From Guillardia theta CCMP2712 (Eukaryota; Protista; Cryptophyta): a stretch of DNA of 64,000 nt. Of this stretch, positions 51,485-63,300 are shown piece after piece. Location of the stretch: NCBI RefSeq assembly GCF_000315625.1, contig NW_005434673.1, forward strand, positions 1,168,099 to 1,232,098, written 5' to 3'. How positions within the stretch are numbered: position 1 is the first letter of the stretch; every line of letters begins with the position of its first letter. Position numbers and translations under genes: made by a program. The notes beneath the pieces were generated by a model. That model did no database searches, had not been told where the DNA came from, and saw only the letters and a program-made list of their open reading frames with translations.

Positions 51485-52684
51485 GGATGCTCGCCTGTCA
51501 TGCTCTCTGCGCTTCATGCTCTCTGCGCTTCTGTCAGGGTCAGTGCTACTCTGTTCCCATGCCGTCAGTCGCCAAAGTTGTATGCCCCGTGTGTGATTGA
51601 CGGTGATCCGAGTTCCAGTCTCCGACAAGGAGATTCAACCGATCCTGCTGCGGTGGCTTCCAGGCTTTATCTTCCGTCTTCTATCCGATTCAGGGAGGGT
51701 GTCTCGGGTGATGTCACCGAGGAGACTCTCATGGAGAACGTGAAGGAATCGGATGAATCGGAAGGAGGATAAAGACAGACACGTCTTCCTCAAGCCTGTG
51801 GCTAGCTGCAACCAAGACATCTGTTCTAGGTTAGTATCTTAGAAACTCGCTCATCCTGATCTATGGAACCCATGACGGTAGTGAACGATGAAATTGAATG
51901 GCCAAAATGAAAATTGAGAAAGAAATGACGGATGAGTCGAGATCGATAAGTCATGTGGTTGAAATGAAAGCGCTGACGTCAAAAATGATTGTGCCTTGGC
52001 AAAACAATGATCCCCGGGGTAGATAGGATAGAAAGGGCCCATAGATTAGAAACGAGAAAATTGTGTTCAAAACAATCAGAGATCAATCAATGCATTGCAA
52101 GAATTCTGAACCTGATCTCTGGAGCTTGATTGGAATTCTAAATTCTTGGCATCATCAATGGGTGGAGATGTCTTCATTGCTCAATGCGCAAGCTTCAGAG
52201 AGGTCACACGATGACCAATCTCATCATGAGGATCAGGTTGAAGAGGAGGAGGAGCTGTCTGACTTGAAAGATGCAGATGTGTTCAGGACTTAGTCTTGAA
52301 CTGACACTGCAGGCAGCTGGGAAGAGTTTATGATGGAAGGTGAGGAGGAGCGCAGGTGTCACAGGAGGAGAAACGCAAGTGCACCAGGGTGCACACTTGA
52401 AGCGAAGGAGGAGCGCAGGAGGCATGCAAGATGGGGGATGAGCCTGTGCAGAACGGTTGATGGAGTGGTAGCAGCAAGATGACCTTGGAGAGGAGAGCAG
52501 CATGGAAGTCAGCTTGGGAAAGATGTTGATGGTCAGGTGATGGGAGCAGCTGACAACGCTGCAAGAAGCTAGAGCGAGCGTTGGAAAGGAGGACATCGCA
52601 GGGGACAGCTGCTTAGCTGTCAAGCAGATGATTTTGACAAGCTGAGAAGGTTGCAGCCTTCTGACTTGCTTCCCAAAGGGAGGG

Positions 52685-53174
52685 TGTAAGAACTCAGGTT
52701 CTGACAAACCTCTCAGAAGTTCTTTCAGACGTGATAAGTTCAAGGGATGCGTCTAATCAGGTTGTGAACCAAGTGAAGCCTGCAGGTCCAAGCTAGTGGG
52801 CTGGAGCTTAGTCTGTGACTTAGAAGATCCGGTTGGTTGGAGCCTGGGGAAGCTGAGGCGGCGCCGGAGGAATCAAGAGGCGCCGGCTGTCGAAGAGGCA
52901 GCACTCGTACAGTGGTGGAAGTAAGGCGGTGGTGTGTGAAGGGAAGCTGTTTGGTTGGTCTTGCTGCTACGAGTGTTGGGAATAAAGTGCTGGGGATTGT
53001 TGGGAAGTTGATCTGAGTTATCTGAGGTGTTTGGTTGGCTGTGAAAGTCATTGGTGTCTTCGTGCGCACATCATCTGTGAGTCTTGGTCTTTGGACTTAT
53101 CAGTCAGCTGTTGAGCTGTTCTACTAGTCATTCATCTGTGCACAGACTCTAGGAGTCAGGAATTGATTCCAATA
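52685..53174 (+). repeat. 3' LTR (TG...TA)
   Basis: Preceded by the polypurine tract and followed by the TSD. Confidence 0.95.
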
Positions 53175-53600
53175 CCGCCGCCAGGCCGGCGGCCGGGCCC
53201 CGGGCGCCGCACCGCCGTCCGACCGTCCGACCGTCACTGTCACCGGCTCACCGGGTGACCGGCGGCCAAGTCACAGTGAAGCCAGTTCGGACCCGACTGA
53301 TCCCGGCTGTCGACTTGTAGTAACTTGGCTAAGCCCCGCCACTGTGACACGGTACGGTCCGAGGCTGAGCCTAGCCTCGGTGATCGCCGGGATCGGACTG
53401 ACTTATCTTACTAGGCCATACTCACTGACCGGCCATCGCGCCCGCCGGGGCGGCCCGCGGCGGGCCGGCCGGGCCCAGCCTGCCAGGCACTGTCAGGCGG
53501 CACGGTTCAACGGCGCCGCGGTTGAGAGTTACCCCGGCGGCGTCGGAGACGGTCCGATCGGAGCCAGCCTGCCCGGCGGGCTCAGCCCGGCGGCCCGACT
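53175..53600. repeat. GC-rich island, right part
   Basis: Continuation of 44300-44698. Confidence 0.55.
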
Positions 53601-53822
53601 TCAATCCCTTTACTGACTTCAATGGTTTCACAGTTTAGTTAAAAATCAGGGTTTTCTTCAATAGCGGGAGGAGGAAGGTAGGATCAACATCTGGTGGTTT
53701 CGGCATCCAAGAAGAGGATCCTTGACGATCCGATCGCACCTGCACAGGCCTACTGGTTCTAGCTCTGAAATCTGCCTAGGATACCTCGTCCCGACTCTAT
53801 ACTCGCCCCTGCTCCCCCTTCA

Positions 53823-55294
53823 ATGTCTGCTGACCTGCGAAACCTTCACTGGCTCACCTCAATGAGCAAAATCTTCCTTCTCCTCCACCTCCTCCTTCTC
53901 TTCTCCTTCTTCTCTCCTTCAGATGCAAGTAGGAATCATCTGCCCGTTCTCCGCCTACCGTCCCTGCGCCTCCGAGGAGGTTACCAGCGAATCGAGCCAC
54001 AAGTGAACGCAACGTGGGATGCCCGGTCACTCAAGATGGAAATAAAGGAAAAGGGCTGGGGGGCTTGCTATTGGAAGACGAATGGAACTGAAGATTACTT
54101 GGTTTGTGCGATCTTGGATAGCAAATTGTTTGATTAAAAGCTCATGCAGGGCATTGCAGGGAGAATCTTCGCGTTCGAACCTTCAAAGTGAGTAACTCAT
54201 GCGAATGTTCCCGACGAGAGGCTGATAGACCTGCATCAGGACGTGTATCTTGCCGTTATGGAATGCCGAGATCGAAGACTTGAGTTTCCCGCGTTGGCAG
54301 GACGGCAAGGAGGTTGATTTCGAAGAGATGAAACGGGTGAATCAAGCTGGTTACCCTTTCAGATTCTGGCTTTCAAAGCTTCTCAACACCAAAGAGGAAG
54401 GCGAGAATAAGCTGAAAATTGGTGGACTGTCCTCCTTGGCCTCGCCTTTCCAACTTATTGCGTTGACAAATTCCATTCAGAGCAACTTCATGGCCCCTTA
54501 TGACTTCATCATCGCAGACCGGAAGGTAATCCGGCAGAAGTACGCGGTGAAGGAGCGTCCATTCGGCAGCAAAGACAACTGCTGGGTGTTCCAGATGCAA
54601 GGGGAGGGAGAGCCCAGGATTGTGAATATCAAGCTGGGGGAGGACGATCGTATGTTGTCGCAGAGAGAACCGATGCACGTCTTCCAGCTAGAGACCTTCA
54701 ATGCTTCCTTAGATCGCCCGGTCGACGTCACCCACGGCGTCTCAGGACTTCCTCTCTTGCTAAATGGTGAAAGAGTCTCCACGTATATCCGGTGGAAGTC
54801 AAACTTGAGGCCGATGCGCCCCAATGAAGTCACGTGGAACCCTGAGACAACAAGAGCTGCCTTCACTGCAATCTGCACGCTAGGAGAGCATGTTTGCCTC
54901 GCCACCATCTTCAAAGAGCTCACTGTGCACGAATTTGCCGTGTGCTTGCAGGTATCAAGGACGGGGAGGCGAACGTATGCGTTGATCTACATTTGGCAGG
55001 ATTTCGGAATGAGAGACGCGCTGTTGCTGGGAGGGAGTGGGGACGTTTGCAGCTGGGTTCGACAAGGTCAATCGCCGTGAATGTAAATCTTGCTGCTGAC
55101 TCTATGTGAAGAAAACACTCAAGGTGACCTTGACACAAGTTTCTTGGCCGCCAAGCCTAGATCAGGTTGTGATCGTCAGGTTTAATGGAATTCTTTCGCG
55201 ATTGAACTTGGCGCTCTCAGGTAGTACGAGATCTTTCATTCGACGAGGCATAAGGCCGCTCAATGCAGTGATAGCGGCTTATTCTAAATCATGA
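53823..55294 (+). CDS. Hypothetical protein with signal peptide + LRLRGG; weak resemblance to the phosphodiester glycosidase (NAGPA-like) family
   Basis: MSKIFLLLHLLLLFSFFSPSDA-SRNHLPVLRLPSLRLRGG; long exon 54250-54950 containing GVSGLPLLLNG...RAAFTAI. 3' exons uncertain. Confidence 0.6.
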
Positions 55295-55739
55295 TCTTCT
55301 ACCTCTTCTTGTAAATTCACTTCCGTGTGGACACTTGTTTGCTCGACCTTCTCGGCTTGTTTTCAGGGCTGACAATCCATAACACCCATCACATCTAATG
55401 CATCCTTGAACTTGGATTGACGACTTTGAGGCTATAGCATAGACATTCACGTCTTTGATAATTTCACTGTCTCTTTTCATTCTCACCCTAGGGGATCCTT
55501 CTCTAAAACCCCTTGTTTGATCGAGCACCTTCGACTTATCAATGATTGCGATGAGTCTTCAAGAAAGTTCGTATGGATAACATTAGCAGGATGAATCAAA
55601 CCAAGAAAGTTCGGGCTGAAACTTTTAGCATGGTTTCAGTCAAACTTCAACAATCCCTCACGCTCAATGTTTCGGTGGATCCACCAGCCCGATGCAGCTC
55701 CAACTTAATTCTGCTCGTTAATCCACCCTTCAATATAGG

Positions 55740-56890
55740 TTGCCCGACGCGACACTTTTTGGGAGGACCTACCCGCCTGCCCCGGGGCGCCATGGAGGAG
55801 CACGGGAGCATGCGAGACGTGAAGGGACAAGGGCTCTGCCGGGTCTGATCGAGCAAGCTCAGGCTGCCCTCCCCGAGTCCATCTTTGACTCCATCGACTG
55901 GTTTCAGACCAGAAGCGCTGGGCCCTAGCAGACCAACAGCTGGTTGGGCCGCATCGTTGTAGGGAATAAGTTGGAGCATGTCGAGCTCGATGTTCAGGTA
56001 TGCTGTCATGCTTGTGGCTTGCTAGCACAATGAGCATTCTTCAGTCGCAGAAGACCAAAGTGGAAGATGCGAGAGGATGAGCATTCTTCTTCGGAAGACG
56101 AGATGTTAGTAAGAGAAAAGCTCATGTGCAAGTCTCCGTATTGATGTTCAGCGCAAAGGAACTCTCAACGACCAAGACGGCTTCATCAAGAAAGCTTGCC
56201 GAGACTCTTTCTCGTGCTGGTCTGCTACAAACTCCTTGCGCTGTACGCAATCCCGACTACCTCGGGAAAAGAAACATGCCAGACGTCGAGGAAGACAAGT
56301 CGGCGGTTTGTGTCTCGAATACCAGGGCAGAGTTCGCAACGTAAGAACACTTAACTTGCATGATGGGTGTGCTTTTGACCTTTCACAGAGATGCGTCGGA
56401 GCAGCAGGCTGGCTGCGATCAAGCTGAGAGCATCCAGGGCGGAAGAGCTAACCTGAGACCACACGCCATGTCCGAGGGCTGGATCAACGAAGATGAAGAT
56501 CCAGCAAGCTTCTCATTCCAGAACAACGAGGACACAGCGAGTGATGCAGATTATCAACCTCAGATACGTTCCTCCTCAGCTCTTGTTGCACGCCGAATCG
56601 AAAAGTCTCTCAAGAAGGACAACTCAGGATCCGATTCGAGCGAAGAGGAGGAAGATAAGGATGAAGATGTCGCATTTCTTTCAGTCATCTCCAAACTCAA
56701 TGAAATTTCGCCGACAAGTTTTAATGTCAAACTGTACAGGAAGAAGAAGTCTGTTCTAAGAATATTCCAAAAGGGATCTGATGACAGTGAGGATGAAACA
56801 AAAGACATGAAACAATTGTCCAACAGTGTAGTGCAAGTTGCATACCAAAGTAGACTAAACAAAATACACGGAGCACAAGATAATAGGTAA
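55740..56890 (+). CDS. Hypothetical charged low-complexity protein; 5' structure uncertain
   Basis: ORFs 56126-56344 and 56360-56890 are joinable across a short GT-AG intron. Confidence 0.35.
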
Positions 56891-57379
56891 AGGAACATCG
56901 TTCTAAGCAATATGATACAGTACATCATTTTGTCTCATGTTGTCTCCCTAGCTTACAAACATTGTTCCGTTGCTGTTCTCTTTGTCGTCAAATTCAAGCC
57001 GATGTGTTTACGAGTGTAATCACAAACACAGAACAACTACACATTATGTTCTGGCTGCCTGCTCGTGCTTAAGCCCTCAAACGGCTGAGCTTCCTTCTGT
57101 CTTGCCTCAAACTCTCTTGACTGTCTCCCAGCGCTGCTTGCTTGCTTTGTCCTGACTTTTTCTCACGCTCGCTTCTTCCTCTTCCACCTTGTTAGAAGCT
57201 TCCTTGCCTGTCTGCCTGCCCGCCCGTCCCCGAGCCTGCGGCCTGCCAGCTTCCTCCCTGCTCCCTCTCCACAGGAAGTAGGCCCGGGGTCGGGTAGTAG
57301 AGGGCTATTGCGGGGGTGATGACCGCACAAGGGTGGTCGTAAACGGGCGGATCAGATTTCTCCCTCAGTTCTGATCTGC

Positions 57380-60300
57380 AGGATGGAACGTTCTTACCCA
57401 CCAATTTCACTCAATATTACTTCGGGTAGTGTACTGACTACCCACCCATACCAGCCTTCGGGAAAAGGAGGGTTAGCACTATTTCCTGATATTCTACATT
57501 CCGCCACCTTGATGCTGCCGACCAGGTGTTCGCAATGCAGGAAGGCGTGACGAACATGGCGCTGGCGTAGCTCACGCCATGAAGAAAAGAAGATCGTCTT
57601 CCGTAACAACGCTCCAAATCCTCTACACCTTCTTCGTTGCGAAGAGGATGGTTTTTGGTATTTCCTGTCAATGCATAGCTTGTGTATTTCTTGATTTGCT
57701 TAATAACAGGGGAGGTTTGCTCAACCCTGAGTTATGGGGAAGGTTTCGCGACATCGTCGGTAACTGCTGGCAGTCTAAAACACTTCTATATTCACGTGAG
57801 AATAGCATCGACATCTGCATTGAATCACTTCCTAACATGATATCCCAGTCTCGAGATGAATATGGAAATCCGGTGCAAGCGCAGAATCTGTCGTACCTTG
57901 CAACCTTTCGAAACCAAAACGGGCTGCAGTTGGAAATCCAAAGTAGTCCACTCAGAGGATATGTGAAAAGCGTTTGGATGAGGGAACAGGGATCAAGTTG
58001 TCAAACGAATGGGACTTTGGTGTCCGACCGTGGCAGCGGTGGTGGTACAGGCTTCAGAGCAACTTTTGAGGTCTCTGGTGGGGCAATAGTCAACATTTCA
58101 ATTGTTTCAGGAGGAGATGGATACATATCAAGACCGTAAGCCTTTGTCTGTTTGTTCTATCGTTCCCAATGAATGCGTTTCGCAGGCTTATTGTGATCGA
58201 ATCCGGGGGTCTGGGTTGTACAGGTTATCTGTTCGGAGTTGAAATCGAATCAGCTGCAGATCATGTTGTACCCTTTATCACAACCGTGTCTGGCAGTTAC
58301 CAAGTTGCTGTCTTTCTTCTTTCTCCAGGAGGAGGATCCATCACGTATTCAAACTCTTCTAGCCAACTCTCACCCCCAACAGTTTTGATCGATCAAAATG
58401 TTTCCAATATTTCTTTATTCACGCAGCCTTCCTTCCCTTACCGCAGGTATTCAAAAATTATGTTTTCTTTCCCGTCGCTGATGGACTTGATCATTAGATT
58501 GCGATGGGATGGAGTTTTTGTAAATTTTCCAAACTTCTTTCTTGGGTCATCAGCAGGGTTGGCAAGGGGCATTGTTGAAGTGGACATATTATTCCCTGGG
58601 AGTGGATGTACTGAGGGAGGAATCCTCAAGGAAAGGTATGATTAGAATATTTATATTCTGACATTGATACAGGCCATTAGTGACTCTGGCGATGGATTCG
58701 AAGCCAGTTTCACAATTTACAAGTATTTGAACTCAAGCAATCAGGTTGCACAAGGAATACATCGCATCGGTATTTTGAATCAAGGTTCGGGATACCAAGA
58801 GCAGCCACAGTTGTACATAGCAGCAGGGGGATCAGGTTGCCAAGATTTTAAGCTTCTTCCTCTTCTATCCGACGATCACGTTCAGAATGTGTCATTCCAA
58901 CTTGCGGCCGAGGGGTAAAAGAATGATTCACCAATCGATTTTAAGTTTGACGCTAATACAACAGGCGGGCTCGATTATATGTTGGAGGATCGCTTGCGCT
59001 TCAGACAGGCTCACAATCGTTGCCTTCTCAGCAAAAAGGGACGATCAAGGACATTGTCACTTGTTCTACAAACATGGAAACGTATTCATGGATTTATAAC
59101 AGCTCAGAAGGTAGACGTTATCTGACGTCAAATGCATGCCCTTCAGTCAGTCAGATCGATGGAGTTGTTCTAGGATATTTCATCAATGCACAAATGCCCT
59201 TATATCCAAAGATATCTTTGCATCCGTTTAGTTACGGTTGGCTTTCAAGTGAAACCAGGGGAATACTAGGATTTGCTATTGATGGAGTTCCCTTCGTGCG
59301 GTTGGATTATTTTCAACAAGTCAGAACCGTATTCGCAATAGATTCTTGCAATGGTATAGTTTCCGATTCTCAATCCTATTTCTATGTCGGCTACCCTCGA
59401 TGTATACAGGACCTTTCTTCAAACTCCGGTCACTCTCCTCTTGTCGGTTTTTTACTCGATGGTTTGCCTGCCTACGGACCGAATGATGTTGACGGAGTTG
59501 TCGCTTCGTCGTTGCAAGGACCGTACAAACTAGATGAATGTGGAGGACACATGGATTCTATCCATCGATTCTATCACTATCACATTGATAGTACCTCGCA
59601 AATCAATTGCCTAAGAGGTTGTCTTGACGAATCTCGGATCTCAAGCTCATACGTAATATTTGATCGGGAGATTCCATGTCTTGAGGAAAACTTCTTCAAT
59701 GACTTCTCATCTCTTGCTTCGTTCCAAACATCAAAGAATTTCAACACCGATGGTTTGCAACCTGTAGTCGGACAGGTGGGCATGCGAGCAGGTCAGTTTC
59801 ATACTTTCGCATTTGAATTCGAGCCGTCGCGATGGTCTACTTCTCTCAGCCTCAGCTGGAGTCCATTCCCAGGAATCACCTTCCCTGTAACCCTCGCGTA
59901 TAACAAGAACGCTCTCCAGGACTGCGACTACTCCATGCCATGTAAAGCAATCATGATGGAGATTCAGCCACGACAGATTTATGAAACTTCAAGTACAGTG
60001 TCTGGAATTGACACTGTGCAGGGTATAGCGGGCTTGAACCAATTCGATTTTTCTTCTTCGACTCTGAATTTTACCGATAATGGCTTCGTTGAAGGCTATC
60101 CGAAGTATTTCTCTCGTGCAGGGTACATGAGCATCCAGCTACAAGCATATGATGTCTATGGGAATTCAATAGTTGATGGAAGTCAAGCTGTAAGTCTTTC
60201 AACCCTCTCAGTCCTTGACACTGGAGTCATTCAGAAAATTCAAGGAGACCTGGTGTACTTAGAAAATAACATCTCCCAATTTCAGAAGCCATCTGACGTA

Positions 60301-63300
60301 AGATTGGACATCTACATCAGATCTTGGCGTTCTCAAAACTTTTCTTCCTTTAAAATCATGTCTTTTGATGCTTCTAATTTCTCTGCAATACTATATCCAA
60401 GTATTAACGGTAGTACGCTTTCGGAGTCAAACTATCTCTTTTACGTCGTTGGTATCCTCTATCAATCAAATCAGACCGTCAGCGCTTGGAATTCAGTATT
60501 TTCGTGGGACATCTACGTCCCGACTGCTGGTTTATATGTCCTCTCAGTCAAATCTCATCGATCTTTAGAGTTTAACGGAAGTCCTTTCCTGGCAGCAGTC
60601 ATGTCTTCAAATTTCAATTCCAGTACTTCTCAAGTTTTGTCGAGATACTTTTGGAGAGTGGAGCAGTTAATTTACTTTCGTGTTGTCGCGAAAGATCGAT
60701 ATGGCAACAACTTGTCGCTGTCAATTCTGACCAATGAAAATGGTCTCGATAACTCCACCATGAATCAGTTGAGTGCTCTCCTGTATTTGCAGACCAAGCT
60801 TGATACAATCTCTCGAAATTTCATTTTGTCGTCAGGCAATGCTTCGTTTTTCAGTTTAAGTTCAAATGAAATCTCAAATCCTTCACATTACGTTGGTTAT
60901 CAAATCACAGTAAATGGTGAATCAAGAAATATCACTTTTCAGAGTGACTCTCCTTTCTCGAATGAATATCCAGGAGTGGTCGTAACTGTGGATGTGCCAT
61001 TCACAGTGTTGCCTCAAGCTGGAGATGTCTACATCATCTCCAAAGCAGTTTTTGTTGGAAAGGATCCAAAAGCTGGTTGTGAGGTTTTTGACAGATACGT
61101 CAATGTGTTCCACGGATATTGTCACCGAGTAGAAACGCTTGGGACATACATTCTTGAAGTCAAATATCAGAATTCCACTGTTGGGAGACCTATCACACTT
61201 TACGTCGGTGCTGGCGTGCCATGCGCAAGCACATCAGTGGCGGCAGGGGCTGGGCTCTCTCTGGCCACCGTTGGGTATCCTGCATACTTCATGTTGAGAT
61301 CGAAGGATAGATTTCTGAATGATGTGCTTCTTGATGGCCTTGACTATGTGATCCAAGCTGACAGGGCTGGGGCTTTTGAAAATCTAACGCAGTACACCAC
61401 TCCTACCAGCGTCAACGGGATGCTGAGCACAAATTTTACTCCCTGGATTACTGGTACGTATCAAATGAAGATTGTTTTTGGGCAATATCTTGTCGCATCA
61501 TCTCCATACATCGTCAGAGTGCGTTCTGGAAGATTCTGCGCAGCAGCATCCACGTTTTACGGTCCTGGACTCACGCTTGCCTCAGTTGGCATCCAATCTC
61601 GTTTCGTGGTGGTTGCAGCAGATTCGTTTTACAACTTTGTCGATTCCTTAGCATCCATATCGCCATCCTGTGTCAGTGATGTATCAAATGAAGCTTGTTC
61701 TTTACAGATGTTGATTGGCAATCAAACGTTGCACTTCATGCCAACAGAACTACACCTGGATCAGTATAATGTATTCTATGAGACTTATGGTTGGAATGCA
61801 CGTTATGAAGTAGATATCCCGATTTCAATTGGTGCAACCTCCACGACATTTCAACTGAACTTGAACCAAAGCAATTTCCAAAGTCAACTTCCGGGCATTT
61901 ATGCAACTTATTACGCCGATGATAATTTTTCTCAACCTCTTTTGACAGCTCTAGAGTATACAATAGACCGGGTCAATTCTCAGAGTTCTGTCTGCACTTT
62001 TGGAAACTCATCTCAGTTCCCCTCGTCTATTGATTATCAGAAAAACTTCTCTGTCAGGTGGGATGGTATTGTGTATCAAGATCCAGCAACAACATACGTG
62101 TATGCATTTTCTCTTGGCCAACAAATTGATAGGCTACAGTTGTGGATCGATTCTAACCTGGTCACTGATCAGTGGTATTCCTTGGGCAGTCTTTATGTAT
62201 CAAACTCTTTCTTCAACTCCAAGCCTTATCCTCTCCTGAGCTTCCGGTTGGATTTTCGGTCAAACAGTTCTTTGTTCGCAGGAATTTCCATGACACGGAG
62301 ACTATCTCAAGACTCAATTCCTACCTTTGATTCATTTTTCTACCATACAACGACACAATTTCAATTAATTGTTGTAGGTCAAGCTACTGCATTTGCAGCT
62401 GCTACCACAGCATCTGGAAGCTCGTTGACCTTGTCCACAGCTGGAGTATCATCGCAGATTACCATCACTGCAAGAGATGACCTTTATCACGAGCTAATAT
62501 TTGACTCCAACATCCAACAGATTGTGTTTTCTGCCAAGACAGGGGTGGATAGTGGAGGTCTATCGGCGACGTACTATTCGGATTCGAACTTGAAGTCTCC
62601 TGTTGTGACGAGACAACGACAGGTTGTTCAGCCACTTGCCGGTTATGCCAGTCTCACAAGACCGTTGAGCCAGCCGAGCCCAGCAAGCCCCAGCACAACA
62701 TTGAATGTTGCTTACGACAACCTCTCTAACGAATGGATTCACGCTGGAGACTTCGCTGTCATAGCCAATGAAGTAATTGAAATTCTCTCGATTTCATCCT
62801 CAACGTTGGTTGTGAATAGAAATCTCACAGGAAATGCACAGGCGCACCCTGTTGGAACGCCTTTCAACACATTCCCTTCTATCAGTCTCGTCCATGTATC
62901 GCAGTATAGTGTCAGGTGGGACGGCTTTCTCAAATCACAAAATAGCGAAGTGTACACAATATTCTTCACAGGTGTGGGTATCAGCGAGCGTGTGAAATGT
63001 TGGATAGATGATTATCTTCTAATCGATGCATGGAGTTCACTGTCAGGAACAAATCTGAATGGAACAATATTTTTTAGCAGAGCATACGACTACTATCAGA
63101 TTAAGATTGAATATTCCAACAATTTTTCTCCAGGAGGTTTTACTTTGAAATGGAGCACATCTACCATTGGAATTGAAAGCATACCCAGTGAAAACTTCTT
63201 TCAAAGTTTACACTGGCTGGATAGTCAATATCCACCTGCACACAATCAGTATCTTGTCCCTAGTTATAACACTACAGTGAGTGGTTCTTATCAGACTTCT

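Larger units (their letters stand above)
44699..53174 (+). mobile_element. Ty1/copia LTR retrotransposon; recent but non-autonomous (frameshifts, integrase deletion)
   Basis: Two 490-bp LTRs, 5-bp TSD CCGCC (44694-44698 and 53175-53179), PPT AAAGGGAGGG before the 3' LTR, and PR-IN-RT-RH domain order. Confidence 0.97.

Noticed and set aside
51485-52684. Possible env-like or extra ORF in the 1.2-kb region between pol and the PPT
   Set aside because: Only short ORFs with no TM or signal features; treated as a long 3' untranslated region
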